A stretch of DNA of 36,417 bases, from IMG/VR virus record IMGVR_UViG_3300036444_000041, positions 1-36,417 of that record. One strand, written 5' to 3'. Made by a program: the position numbers and the translations under genes. Position 1 is the first letter of the stretch, and the number at the start of each line of letters is the position of its first letter. Shown here piece by piece: positions 17,175-26,793 of the stretch. Source of the stretch: a virus. Lineage: Duplodnaviria; Caudoviricetes. Under the pieces are notes generated by a model, which was given only the letters and a program-made list of their open reading frames with translations, was not told the origin of the DNA and did not search any database.

Positions 17175-17900
17175 ATGCAGACGTTGACGCAAGGTGAGCT
17201 GATTGATGAGGCGGCGGAAAATGCCGGTCTCGATCCTTCGGCGCTCACCGCGCGACATCTCGCGAGCATGACACGCTCTTTGTTTCTCGTTTTCACGGCC
17301 ATCGAGAATGAGGGCGCAAAGCCCGAATATCGCGTCGACACGACAACCTTCACGCTGCAGGCCGGCCAGGGCGCCATCATCCTCCCTGAAGACACCGTCG
17401 ACGTCACCGAAGTCGCCTTCGATGATGCTGCGAGTGGCGTCCTGCAGAACATGCCGCTCTCGCGCACGAACCGCAGCACGTGGCTGATGATGCCTGACAC
17501 TCAGATGGCATCTCGCCCCACTGCATACTTCGTCTCGAAATCACTGCCGGCCGAGATGAGCCTCTATGGCCTCCCCGATCCCGGCGGCGTCGCTGATCGA
17601 CGTCTTCTGGTCCTCTATCCGCGCAACGCTCGAGCGGGCGCAAGGGTCACGGTCAATCGGCTCCGATACATCGGCATGCCGTCCAATCTCGCGAGCGACA
17701 TCGACGCGCGCCGCAACTGGATCGATACAATCCAGTTCGGACTGGCTGCGCGCACAGCGCTCAAATTCAACGAAGAAAAATACGACAAGCTTGAGGGCAT
17801 TTTCCAATCGATGCTCGCCAAGCGCATGCAGAGCGAAGACCGCTCACCTACCTTCGTCGGCTTCCGTGGTCACGGCTGGTCACGGAGGCGTCGCCACTAA
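17175..17900 (+). CDS. Putative head-tail adaptor/virion structural protein
   Basis: First gene after the MCP. RPTAYF...LYP pattern of phage adaptor proteins. Confidence 0.65.
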   Translation: MQTLTQGELIDEAAENAGLDPSALTARHLASMTRSLFLVFTAIENEGAKPEYRVDTTTFTLQAGQGAIILPEDTVDVTEVAFDDAASGVLQNMPLSRTNRSTWLMMPDTQMASRPTAYFVSKSLPAEMSLYGLPDPGGVADRRLLVLYPRNARAGARVTVNRLRYIGMPSNLASDIDARRNWIDTIQFGLAARTALKFNEEKYDKLEGIFQSMLAKRMQSEDRSPTFVGFRGHGWSRRRRH

Positions 17901-18208
17901 TGAGCAGAAGCATCCGAAATGGCGTCGCATACGACCAGCGCACCGGCTTCAAGGTGCGAGGTCATCGGCTGCGTGAAGACGGCGAGACCGGCCATCTCAC
18001 GACCGATCCCGACATCAAGCACGAGCAGAGCTACGTCCGCACGCCGACGCCGGACGGAGTGAGCTACCGCCAAGGGCCGGCGCCGCAGCATTCTATTCCG
18101 AGCAACACATATCTGAAGCCGTTCATGGACCCGGTGACGATGAAGCATGTGCCGATGCCGTGCCTGTCGCTCTCCCTGCCGCCGTCCTTCATTACGGGAG
18201 ATGAGTGA
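17900..18208 (+). CDS. Hypothetical virion-module protein
   Basis: TAATG coupling. DQRTGFK...LR motif. Confidence 0.7.
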   Translation: MSRSIRNGVAYDQRTGFKVRGHRLREDGETGHLTTDPDIKHEQSYVRTPTPDGVSYRQGPAPQHSIPSNTYLKPFMDPVTMKHVPMPCLSLSLPPSFITGDE

Positions 18209-18846
18209 TGGGCTACCAGACAACCTTCTCGAGCCTGCGCGCCGAGGTCATCAACATCGTCGACTCCGACAACCCGGAATTCCTGCAATACCTCGACCGC
18301 ATCATCGCTCGCGCGCACGACAACGTGCAGCGCGATCTCGATCTCACGATGTGGCGAACGTTCCCGACGATCACGGTCAACGCTGGCGTCGCGACGTTCC
18401 CGCGAGACCCATCGTGGCTGCGGCTTGTCGGCGGTTACATCATCGCCAGCGGGAAGCCGGTAGAAAAGCGCTCGCTCGATTATCTTCGCGCCTACGGCGA
18501 CGGCCAGGGCGTGCCGAGATGCTTCGCTGAGCGCAATGAGGCGACCTATCAGCTCGCCCCGATTCCGAGCGTAAACACGACGCTCGAGTTGGAAGTGCTG
18601 ACGCGATTGCCGACGCTCAACAACGAAGCTCCGACAAGCTGGATCACCCAAAACGCGGCCGATCTCTTGCTGCTCCAAACGCTCATCGGATCAGAGCTTT
18701 ATCTTCTCGGCACCGAGCGCGTCGTGACGTTCAAGGAGCTGTATCAAATTCAGCTCGCGTCCGCTGTGAGCGAGCTGAAGGGGTCGGCGCGTCCGGAATA
18801 CACGCCTGTACGCGCGGCGCCGAAGCCTAAGCTGGAGGCTGCATAA
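18205..18846 (+). CDS. Putative adaptor/tail tubular protein
   Basis: G.PRCF...LAP.P and SWITQNAADLLL adaptor-like pattern. Position in the module. Confidence 0.65.
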   Translation: MMGYQTTFSSLRAEVINIVDSDNPEFLQYLDRIIARAHDNVQRDLDLTMWRTFPTITVNAGVATFPRDPSWLRLVGGYIIASGKPVEKRSLDYLRAYGDGQGVPRCFAERNEATYQLAPIPSVNTTLELEVLTRLPTLNNEAPTSWITQNAADLLLLQTLIGSELYLLGTERVVTFKELYQIQLASAVSELKGSARPEYTPVRAAPKPKLEAA

Positions 18847-19271
18847 TGATGGTCTTCACGAAGAGCTTCTCGCTCGAGATGTTTCACGGCATCCACGATT
18901 TTCGCACCGACGAAATCCGCATGGCCCTCTACGAGGGTGACGCGCCTCTCGACGCTGACACCACCGAATACACAGTCGACGGCGAAATCGTCGGGACTGG
19001 ATACGACGCGGGTGGCGCTGCCGTCTTCGTCACCGAAGGCTATCCGCAACTCGTCGAGGGATGCGGCGCCGTGCGATTTGATCGCGCGCAATGGCCGTTC
19101 GGCTCGACGTTCAGCTATCGCAAGCTGCTCATCTACAACGCATCGAAAGATGGCCGCGCGATTTTCGTTGCCGACCTTTCCATTGATCGCGGCCCTGAGA
19201 ACGCTTCGCATTTCATTGAGATGCCCCAGTCCGCAAGGCCACTTCTCTTCATGAATAGGGGCGTCGCATGA
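18846..19271 (+). CDS. Tail-associated structural protein
   Basis: SF..E...GIHDF....RMALY, GTGY.AGG, LIYN motifs. TAATG-coupled. Confidence 0.7.
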   Translation: MMVFTKSFSLEMFHGIHDFRTDEIRMALYEGDAPLDADTTEYTVDGEIVGTGYDAGGAAVFVTEGYPQLVEGCGAVRFDRAQWPFGSTFSYRKLLIYNASKDGRAIFVADLSIDRGPENASHFIEMPQSARPLLFMNRGVA

Positions 19272-20506
19272 GCACGATTTCATCGCTGCTAAAAACGGAG
19301 CGGCCTGATGACGGTGAGTATCGCGGCCTCTGGGGTCCGCCGATGCGTGCGATCTTGGACCGTCTCGAGGAGGCGATTGCCGGCACAACGATCATCAACT
19401 CGACCGGCGGCACAGAGATTCTCGACGACGACGCGTCAATCGCCAATGAATCGCGCTCATCGCTGATCTACGTGACCGGCGCGCTCGCATCCGAGTTGAC
19501 GATCATCGTGCCGAACCGCTCGAAAGAGTACGCGGTCATCAACGCCACTTCGAGCGGTGCATTTGGCGTGTACGTGCAGGCGGCAGACGGTGATCCCGTG
19601 GCCGTCTTTCGTGGTCACGGCGCCGTGCTGCGCGCGACGGCAGCAAAGAACGTCTACTTCATCGGCCCGCAGGTGGCCATGGGCACGGGTCGCATTCATG
19701 CGAGCATGATCCCCGATGGGTCCATCGAGGCCGCAAAGCTCGCAAGCGGTGTTCAGGCGAACATCACAGCAGGCGTGCAGGGCGCAGCGAAGACCGGCGA
19801 CGTCAAATTCAAGATGACGAGCGTTGTCGATGCCGGCTGGCTGTGGATGGACGGCAAAACCATCGGAAACGCAGCCTCGGGCGCGACATCGCGAGCCAAC
19901 GCTGACACCTGGGAGCTTTTTCTTCATCTCTACAAGGACCAGGACAATACTCTGCTGCCGATCCAAGCAAGCAACGGCTCGGCGTCCGTTCGCACGACAA
20001 CGGGCACGCCTGACGAGAACGCGCTCACTGACTTCAATCTCAACAAGCGTCTGCCGCTTCCGTTTGCCAACGGCTGCAACTTCGCAGCCCTCGACAATAT
20101 GGGCGGCACATCGCGCAATCTCGTGACTGCAGCCCAAGCCGATGTGCTCGGGGGTCGCGTCGGCGCTGAGACGGTTCCGATCCTTCGGGCGAATTTGCCT
20201 GCCGTTAACATGACCGGCTCTGCGACGGATGTGGCTGATCATCGTCACCATGGCCTCGTTGGCTTGACCGCGTCAGAAAGCGGCGGCAACCCGGTAACCT
20301 CTTCTACGCAAGGAACGCGCGCAGCAGTGTCGGGCGCCAACTCGCAAAACTACGAGGTGAAGGCAACGAACAGTGAAGCAAACGTAGCGCGCACCTCGCT
20401 CGCAGGCGGCCATGGTCACGTAACGAACACGGCTCTCGGCGGTAGCGACACACCTCTCAATAAGATGCCGCCGACGATGTTCGGTTACGTACTGATCAAG
20501 CTGTAA
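19268..20506 (+). CDS. Tail fibre protein with tail-collar-like domain
   Basis: TGDVK...GWLWMDGKTIG, G.RVGAETV....NLP, His-containing HRH/HGH motifs, C-terminal PP......LIKL. Confidence 0.8.
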   Translation: MSTISSLLKTERPDDGEYRGLWGPPMRAILDRLEEAIAGTTIINSTGGTEILDDDASIANESRSSLIYVTGALASELTIIVPNRSKEYAVINATSSGAFGVYVQAADGDPVAVFRGHGAVLRATAAKNVYFIGPQVAMGTGRIHASMIPDGSIEAAKLASGVQANITAGVQGAAKTGDVKFKMTSVVDAGWLWMDGKTIGNAASGATSRANADTWELFLHLYKDQDNTLLPIQASNGSASVRTTTGTPDENALTDFNLNKRLPLPFANGCNFAALDNMGGTSRNLVTAAQADVLGGRVGAETVPILRANLPAVNMTGSATDVADHRHHGLVGLTASESGGNPVTSSTQGTRAAVSGANSQNYEVKATNSEANVARTSLAGGHGHVTNTALGGSDTPLNKMPPTMFGYVLIKL

Positions 20507-20519
20507 CGGGAGACGAGGC

Positions 20520-22031
20520 ATGGCTTTTCGCCCCGTACCGATCACACTGAAGCCCGGCATCGTCCGCAACTCATCTCCTTATGCGGTCAAGGATCGCTAT
20601 TGGGACAGCCAATTCGTGCATTTCTACAAGGACATGCCGAAGCGGTGGGGCGGCTGGGTCAAGCTCACCACCGAACAACTCGATGGGCCGTGTCGCGGAA
20701 CGCTCGCATGGCGAACGAACGACGGCGCTCGATTGATGGCTTTCGGGACGACCGACAAGCTCTGGATTTTGCGCGACGGCGAGCTTTTTGACATCACGCC
20801 CGTTGGCTTCGCGCCCGGCGACGACGCCGCTCTCGGTGATCTTGCCTGGGGCGAGGGCGCCTGGGGCGAAGAAGGCTTCGGAGGCATCAACCCACTCGCA
20901 GCCTATGGCGTCTCTATCCCGCCGACCTGGACGCTCGCCAAGTGGGGTCAGGACCTCCTAGCAGTGCGCGCCGGAGGTCTGCTCTATCATTGGGTTTACG
21001 ATTCCGACATCACGAACATCGCGGAAGTCGTTCCGGATGCACCGTCAATCTGCCTTGGCGTCTTCGTGACTGGCGAGCGCCATGCTGTCGTCTACGGCAC
21101 TGACATCGACCCGGTGCAGCTCAAATGGCCCAATCGCGAAGGCCTGACTGACTGGGTGCCCACAGCGGAGAACACCGCAGGCGATCTCCTTCTCGACGAC
21201 GGCAACCTCTTGCGGGCAACGCTGCCGATCTTCGGCGGCCAGCTCATGCTGACTGACATCTCGGCGTACACGTGGCGCTTCATCGGCGGTGACTTCGTGT
21301 TCTCGAAAGAGCGCGTTGCCGGTAACTGCGGCATCATCGGATCGAACGCCGGCACGGAGTTGAACGGCACCGCGATCTGGATGGGTGCCAACAAATTTTT
21401 CCGCTACAACGGCACGGTGCAGGAAGTCGAGTGTGACGTCCTGAGCTACATCTTCGAGAACATCAACCGCAATCAGGCGTGGAAAGTCTATTGCGGCAAG
21501 AACGACGAGTATAACGAGGTCATTTGGCTCTATCCCGACAAGTCGTCCGAAGAGCCAAATCGATATGTCACTTACGACGGCAAAAACTGGACCATCGGCG
21601 CGCTGTCCCGCACATGCTGGACCGATGAAAGCGTGTTCGTTTCGAAACCCATCGCGACATCGCTGGATGGCACGATCTATCAGCATGAGACAGGAAATAC
21701 GGCAGACGGCCAGCCGCTCACATACCGCCTGAAGACTGGCGACCTCACGTTCTTCAATGAGGAGACGCCGGACGCGAAAGAGCAGTTTACAGCGATCCGA
21801 AAGGTGGTTCTCGACTACCGCGACATCTCTGGAGACCATAGCCTCACAATCGAAACGAGGCGTCGACCTCGCGATGCACCTCGCGTCAAGGGGCCGTATA
21901 ACTTCAGCTCCCTCAACACTGACATCAATCCGCGCGCTCGCGGCATGACGATGGCATTCGAGTTCGCCGGCAGCGGTCCATTCACGATGGGCAACATCGT
22001 TGCGCACGTGAAGCCTGATGGATTTGCGTGA
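20520..22031 (+). CDS. Tail nozzle/head-closure protein (P22 gp10 / tail tubular B-like)
   Basis: 503 aa, beta-rich. WG..LL, NEVIWLYP...NRYVTY, WTIG.L.RT.W motifs. Confidence 0.75.
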   Translation: MAFRPVPITLKPGIVRNSSPYAVKDRYWDSQFVHFYKDMPKRWGGWVKLTTEQLDGPCRGTLAWRTNDGARLMAFGTTDKLWILRDGELFDITPVGFAPGDDAALGDLAWGEGAWGEEGFGGINPLAAYGVSIPPTWTLAKWGQDLLAVRAGGLLYHWVYDSDITNIAEVVPDAPSICLGVFVTGERHAVVYGTDIDPVQLKWPNREGLTDWVPTAENTAGDLLLDDGNLLRATLPIFGGQLMLTDISAYTWRFIGGDFVFSKERVAGNCGIIGSNAGTELNGTAIWMGANKFFRYNGTVQEVECDVLSYIFENINRNQAWKVYCGKNDEYNEVIWLYPDKSSEEPNRYVTYDGKNWTIGALSRTCWTDESVFVSKPIATSLDGTIYQHETGNTADGQPLTYRLKTGDLTFFNEETPDAKEQFTAIRKVVLDYRDISGDHSLTIETRRRPRDAPRVKGPYNFSSLNTDINPRARGMTMAFEFAGSGPFTMGNIVAHVKPDGFA

Positions 22032-23068
22032 TGAAGGCGGGTGGCCTCCATAACCTGCCTCAGGCGCCGCCAACATATAGCGCGGACAACGAGCAGCGAA
22101 CGCGCAGCGCGATCCTGGCGGCCTTCAAGGACGTCGAGCGCGACATCGCCAGTATCGACCGAAGCGGAAGCGGGGGCGGGGGTGACCTTGTCGATGGCGA
22201 CTATGGCGATGTCACCGTCTCAGACGGTGGCGAAACTATTTCCATCAACGACGGGGCTGTAACAGCGGAGAAAATTTCGGACGAAGCGATCTCCGAAACA
22301 AAGATCGCGGACGGAGCGGTGACTAACGCCAAGCTCGCCACAATGATCGAGGCCACAATCAAGGGCAGAAACTCAGGAAGCGGCGACGGCGAGCCTCAGG
22401 ACCTAACAATCGATGAGGTAAGGGAGCTTCTGGGTGGAGCGCCGTTGCCGACGATGCAAGTTTTCAGCTCGTCCGCTACGTGGACCAAGCCGAGCGGCTG
22501 CCGCTTCATCCGAGTCACGGGCGTCGGCCCCGGCGGGGGAGGGGCGGGAGGTAACGCGCCGTCAGGTCAAATCTCTGCGGGAGGCGCTGGTGGCTCTGGA
22601 ACCTGGGCGACGAAATTAATCGATGTTTCGGCGATTGCCTCTGTTGATGTGACCATCGGCGCACGCGGACTCGGCGGCGTCGGGCAAAACAATGGCACCG
22701 ATGGGGGTGACACCTCGTTCGGATCACACTTGATTCTCCCAGGCGGAAAGGCAGGGCAAGCACAAGCTCCGGGCACTTCAGTGGCGGCTTCAAATTTAGC
22801 GGGACATGCCGACCCGGCGACGGGTGCAGATTATCAGATCAGAGGCGCAACTGGCTCTCGAGGATTCCGCCTATCAGGCACGCTTGCGAGCGGAAGCCAG
22901 GGCGGCAGCAATCCTTGGGGAAGTGGCGGCGTCCCAACTGGCATAGGTCTCGGCGGTGTTTCTCCGGTCGGGTACGGCGCTGGCGGCGGTGGCGTCCTTA
23001 GTAATGGCGTCTCACGGGACGGCGCCGCAGGCGGTCTTAGCTTCATGATCGTTGAGGAGTTCTATTAG
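22028..23068 (+). CDS. Tail fibre-like protein with glycine-rich C-terminal domain
   Basis: I.DGAVT.K repeats, then F.SS.TWTKP.G...GGGG and IVEEFY glycine-rich domain. Confidence 0.75.
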   Translation: MMKAGGLHNLPQAPPTYSADNEQRTRSAILAAFKDVERDIASIDRSGSGGGGDLVDGDYGDVTVSDGGETISINDGAVTAEKISDEAISETKIADGAVTNAKLATMIEATIKGRNSGSGDGEPQDLTIDEVRELLGGAPLPTMQVFSSSATWTKPSGCRFIRVTGVGPGGGGAGGNAPSGQISAGGAGGSGTWATKLIDVSAIASVDVTIGARGLGGVGQNNGTDGGDTSFGSHLILPGGKAGQAQAPGTSVAASNLAGHADPATGADYQIRGATGSRGFRLSGTLASGSQGGSNPWGSGGVPTGIGLGGVSPVGYGAGGGGVLSNGVSRDGAAGGLSFMIVEEFY

Positions 23069-23517
23069 TGAACACGCGCAAGCCGATCATCGATGCGACT
23101 GGGTTGGTCGTGAATGTCATCGAGGTCACTGATGACTCCCAATGGAATCCGCCAGAGGGACTTTCTTTCGGTCCCGTAGGTGGCGAGCGAGGAGACGTTT
23201 GGGATGGGGCTTCGTATCGAAAACCGGAGCAAGTAGCTCCTCCGCTAACACAGCAAGATTATTCCGATGCTGTGCAGGCGCACGTTGACAAAGTTGCTCG
23301 CGAAAAAAATTACCGAGATGGCTTTGCCCTAGCGAGCTACGCGAGCAGCTTCGTGAGTGCGTGGGCACTGGAAGCGCAAGCCTTTATCCGGTGGCGAGAT
23401 GCAGTCTGGCTCTTTGTTTATGAAGAGTTCGACAAAGTTTTGCGCGGTGATCGTGAGCAGCCCAGCGTTGAGCAGCTCATTGCCGATCTGCCGATGATCG
23501 AGTGGCCCGAAGCCTGA
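23068..23517 (+). CDS. Putative tail fibre assembly/accessory protein
   Basis: Follows the fibre. VQAHVD..A...Y.D...SY..S...EAQAFI.WRDAVW...LP...WP. Confidence 0.65.
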   Translation: MNTRKPIIDATGLVVNVIEVTDDSQWNPPEGLSFGPVGGERGDVWDGASYRKPEQVAPPLTQQDYSDAVQAHVDKVAREKNYRDGFALASYASSFVSAWALEAQAFIRWRDAVWLFVYEEFDKVLRGDREQPSVEQLIADLPMIEWPEA

Positions 23518-23572
23518 AGACATTCGGAACGAATACGACTACCTGACCAAGATCGATAAAGGAGCGCGTAGA

Positions 23573-24025
23573 ATGTTCGATCCCTCAAAGCTCATGGAGC
23601 TTGTTCAGCAATCGCAAAAGGTCGGCGCTCCTAGCCTTCCGTGGAACAAGGGCGGCGAATCCGGCGGCCTGCCATCAGGCTCCGCAATCGAGCCTTTCGA
23701 CGTCGCGAAATCATTCACTCAGGGCGGTGCCGGAAGCGGCTTCGGTGCCATGGGTGCGAACCTTCAGAACCACCTCGCGACGCAGGGTGGTGAAGATTTC
23801 AAAAACATGATGACCGGCCCTGGAATGGCAGCAGGCGCTCCTCCTCCGGCTCCCGGCGGTGCGCCGGCCCCGCAACCGATGCAACCAAACCCCGCAGCGA
23901 TTGCAGCTTTGCAACCGCAGTCCCCTTTCACGAGCGTATCGAGTAACCCCGGCGGCGCACCCGGCGGGATGCCTGGACAGATGCCGCAGCAGATGCGGCG
24001 CAGCGGCCCGATCTTTAACGGGTAA
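23573..24025 (+). CDS. Gly/Pro/Met-rich low-complexity protein
   Basis: AAGGAG SD, 150 aa. Confidence 0.65.
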   Translation: MFDPSKLMELVQQSQKVGAPSLPWNKGGESGGLPSGSAIEPFDVAKSFTQGGAGSGFGAMGANLQNHLATQGGEDFKNMMTGPGMAAGAPPPAPGGAPAPQPMQPNPAAIAALQPQSPFTSVSSNPGGAPGGMPGQMPQQMRRSGPIFNG

Positions 24026-24050
24026 CGCAAGAGCAAGAGAGAGAAGATCG

Positions 24051-24563
24051 ATGAACAAAATTCGCTTGGCAAATTTTAACGACATCGGCCCGGTTGTCGC
24101 GCTCGGTCAGGAGGCGGTGACGAGCGGGGCCTGGGGTGCGGTGCCTTTCGATCTCGCACACACGATTTGCATGACGACGATGGCTATCAAGCAGGGAATG
24201 GTGATCGTTGCTGAGCATCCTGAGGATGGCGTGATCGGCTTCACGTATCTCCGTATTCAGGATTGGGCCTGGGCGCCGGGGTCGAAGTTTGTCGAGGCAA
24301 TCTGCACGTATGTCGAGCCGAGCCACCGCAGCGAAAAGGCTCGCATCAACGACGATGGGCCGGATGCGATCGTTGCCGCCGCGCTGATCGGAGCTGCGAA
24401 ACTGGCATGCGAGAGCGCTGGCTTGCCGTGCCTGTTCTCGATGGTCTTCGGTGACCACGTCGAGAAGCGCGACCGCTTCATCGAGAGCTGCGGCCTTGAG
24501 TATGCGGGCGGCAATTTCTTGTTTGTTCCCGGCAAAGCGGCATCCGCAAAGGAAGCCGCGTAA
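24051..24563 (+). CDS. GNAT-family acetyltransferase-like protein
   Basis: IRLANFNDI, VIVAE...VIGF, YVEPSHR. Sits before the ejection genes, as in many podoviruses. Confidence 0.75.
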   Translation: MNKIRLANFNDIGPVVALGQEAVTSGAWGAVPFDLAHTICMTTMAIKQGMVIVAEHPEDGVIGFTYLRIQDWAWAPGSKFVEAICTYVEPSHRSEKARINDDGPDAIVAAALIGAAKLACESAGLPCLFSMVFGDHVEKRDRFIESCGLEYAGGNFLFVPGKAASAKEAA

Positions 24564-24580
24564 CATAGCAGGAGTGCTCC

Positions 24581-25921
24581 GTGAGCAAGAGCGGCGGGTC
24601 GTCTACGCAGACTGTTGAGCAGAAGCAGTCGCCTCAGCAGCAGGCGCTGACGAATTCGCTCATGCAGAAGTACATGCCGGGCGGCAAGCTCGTCAGCAAG
24701 GGTAAGGACGGGACCGTCTACCAGGGCGGCACCTTCCAAGATAAGCCCACCTTCTCGCAAGCTCAAATCCAGGCGGCCGGCAACGAGAAAGTTGCCGGCT
24801 TCAATAGCGATCAGCTCCGGGCATTTCAGGAAACGCGTGACAGCGCGTTCTCCCATCGCCCGACGATGGACGCAGCTATCGACGCCACAAAGCAGTCGAT
24901 GACTGGTCCGACTGGACAGAAGCAGACACTCGGCACCGGATGGTCGACCGACGCAAACGGCAACGCCAAATTCGCCGACTTCAACGCCGATACACTTAAC
25001 TCATTCATGAGCCCCTACACGTCCATGGTGACGACGCAGGGGCTTGCTGATCTTGAGCGTCAGCGCCAACAGATGATCAAAGGCAATGGCGACGCCGCTG
25101 CTGCCGCGCAGGCGTTCGGTGGCGGTCGTCATGGTGTTGTCGAGGCGCAGACCAATCGCGGCGTTGCTGACGCCTCTGCTCGCTTCGTTGCCGACACCTA
25201 TGACAAGGGGTATGGCGCGGCGGTCAACCAATACAACACGGCCTTTAACCAGGGTCAGACCGCGCTCGCCTGGAACAAGGGCATCGAAGACGACTTCATG
25301 TCACGCCTGCAGCAGGGCGGTGCGCAGCTCGGCGATCTCGCGAAGCAGGGTCAGGACCTTGACGGCAAGTCCATCGACGCGCTCGCCCAGGTCGGCGCTC
25401 AGCAGCAGAACCAGGATCAGCTCGTAAAAGACACGGGCTATGACTCGCTGATGGATAATTATCTCTGGGCCGCAAAGATGGCCCAGATGATGTCCGGCTT
25501 CCTGCCGGCAGGGTCGACGACGTCGACCGCATCGCAGAACAACGGCGGCTCGATCTGGGGCAGCGTCGGATCGGCCGCGCTCGGCACGATTGGTCAGGCG
25601 CTCATCCCAATGCTTTCCGACGAGCGCGCGAAGAAGGACGTGAAGGACGCCGACACCGACGAGTCGCTCGAGGCGATCCGCAAGCTCAAGCCGGTGAAAT
25701 ACAAGTACACCGACGAGGCGCGCGATCAGTTCGGCGAGGAGATGGCTCCTAGCAACGAGCGCGTCGGCTTCATGGCTCAGGACCTCGAGAGCGCCACGGG
25801 TGAGGCTTCGGGGCCTGACATCGGCGGCTTCAAGAGCGTCGACATCATGCAGCACATGGGCCGCCTCACGCACGCTCTGCAGGCGCTCGCAAATAAGGTC
25901 GACCGTCTGGAGGCGGCTTGA
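24581..25921 (+). CDS. Putative DNA ejection/pilot protein with C-terminal peptidase S74 chaperone domain
   Basis: MSKSGGSST N-terminus, Gln/Ala/Gly-rich body with AFGGGRHGV. C-terminal SDERAKKD...LKPVKYKY...GFMAQDL plus coiled coil. Confidence 0.75.
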   Translation: MSKSGGSSTQTVEQKQSPQQQALTNSLMQKYMPGGKLVSKGKDGTVYQGGTFQDKPTFSQAQIQAAGNEKVAGFNSDQLRAFQETRDSAFSHRPTMDAAIDATKQSMTGPTGQKQTLGTGWSTDANGNAKFADFNADTLNSFMSPYTSMVTTQGLADLERQRQQMIKGNGDAAAAAQAFGGGRHGVVEAQTNRGVADASARFVADTYDKGYGAAVNQYNTAFNQGQTALAWNKGIEDDFMSRLQQGGAQLGDLAKQGQDLDGKSIDALAQVGAQQQNQDQLVKDTGYDSLMDNYLWAAKMAQMMSGFLPAGSTTSTASQNNGGSIWGSVGSAALGTIGQALIPMLSDERAKKDVKDADTDESLEAIRKLKPVKYKYTDEARDQFGEEMAPSNERVGFMAQDLESATGEASGPDIGGFKSVDIMQHMGRLTHALQALANKVDRLEAA

Positions 25922-26790
25922 TGTCGAGGAGCTGGACCCGATCCAATCCGCAGTGGCAAGCGCTCACGCCGTTTCAGCGTGTGGCGGTGATGTCGCTGAT
26001 GGAGAAGGACGGCAAAGGCACGGGGCAGAACGAAGCCGCCGCGATGATCAATCGCGCGCAGAAGGCCGGCCAGGACTACGGCGAGCACGTTTCCGGCCGC
26101 ATCTACCAGCCGACCTTTGAGCCCGCCCAGGAGCGCCGGCTCAATTCCATCCTGAACAGCCCGAGCTTCAACGACCATGTCGCATGGGTCGAGCGGTACG
26201 CTCGAGGTGAGATCGAAGACCCGACCGGTGGCGCTACTCACTTCCTCGCGCCGGAGCGGACGATGCTCGCGCTCGAGCGCAGCAATCCGGCGAAATACAA
26301 AAACTGGGGTCCGCGCGGTGCCAACTGGACCGGCTTCGACCCGAGCACGGGCGCTTATCGCGGCGTCACGCACCGAAATGAAAGTCATGCGTTTCTGGCT
26401 CCTGAGGGCGCCTTCAGCGCCTACAAGGGCACGCCGGGCGCTCAGCCCGTGCAGGTAGCCTCCGCGCCTCAGCAGGGCCTTCCAGGCTCGCCCTCTGGCC
26501 CCGCGCCCGTCCGTTCGGCACCTATCCCGCCACAAGCCCCTCAGAGCGTCGCCCAGGCGCCTCAGGCACCGGCGGCCCCGTTCTCGAGCGCGCCGCCCAC
26601 AACGCCACCGGCGGCGCAGCCTGAGGCCGGAAGCAACCCTCTCAGCGGCATGTTCGCGAGCCTCGCTAAGGGCGGCGAACAACAGCAGCCGAAGCAGGAC
26701 CCGACCAACTATGCGCTGATCCAACGAGTGATGGACGACGAACAGCGTCGCCGCTCCCAGACTTTCGATTTCTCTCAGATGTACGGGTGA
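25918..26790 (+). CDS. Virion-associated cell wall hydrolase (Hydrolase_2/SleB-like) with Pro-rich tail
   Basis: A..INR, YQP and DPTGGATHF motifs. Confidence 0.7.
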   Translation: MMSRSWTRSNPQWQALTPFQRVAVMSLMEKDGKGTGQNEAAAMINRAQKAGQDYGEHVSGRIYQPTFEPAQERRLNSILNSPSFNDHVAWVERYARGEIEDPTGGATHFLAPERTMLALERSNPAKYKNWGPRGANWTGFDPSTGAYRGVTHRNESHAFLAPEGAFSAYKGTPGAQPVQVASAPQQGLPGSPSGPAPVRSAPIPPQAPQSVAQAPQAPAAPFSSAPPTTPPAAQPEAGSNPLSGMFASLAKGGEQQQPKQDPTNYALIQRVMDDEQRRRSQTFDFSQMYG

Positions 26791-26793
26791 CAC

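Noticed and set aside
19268-23068. Diversity-generating retroelement targeting tail fibres
   Set aside because: No reverse transcriptase and no template/variable repeat pair seen in the window.
23557-23565. Isolated TAAAGGAGC as a further cassette junction
   Set aside because: Single copy whose TAA is not the stop of the upstream gene; best read as an ordinary RBS, though it tempers the specificity of the array motif.
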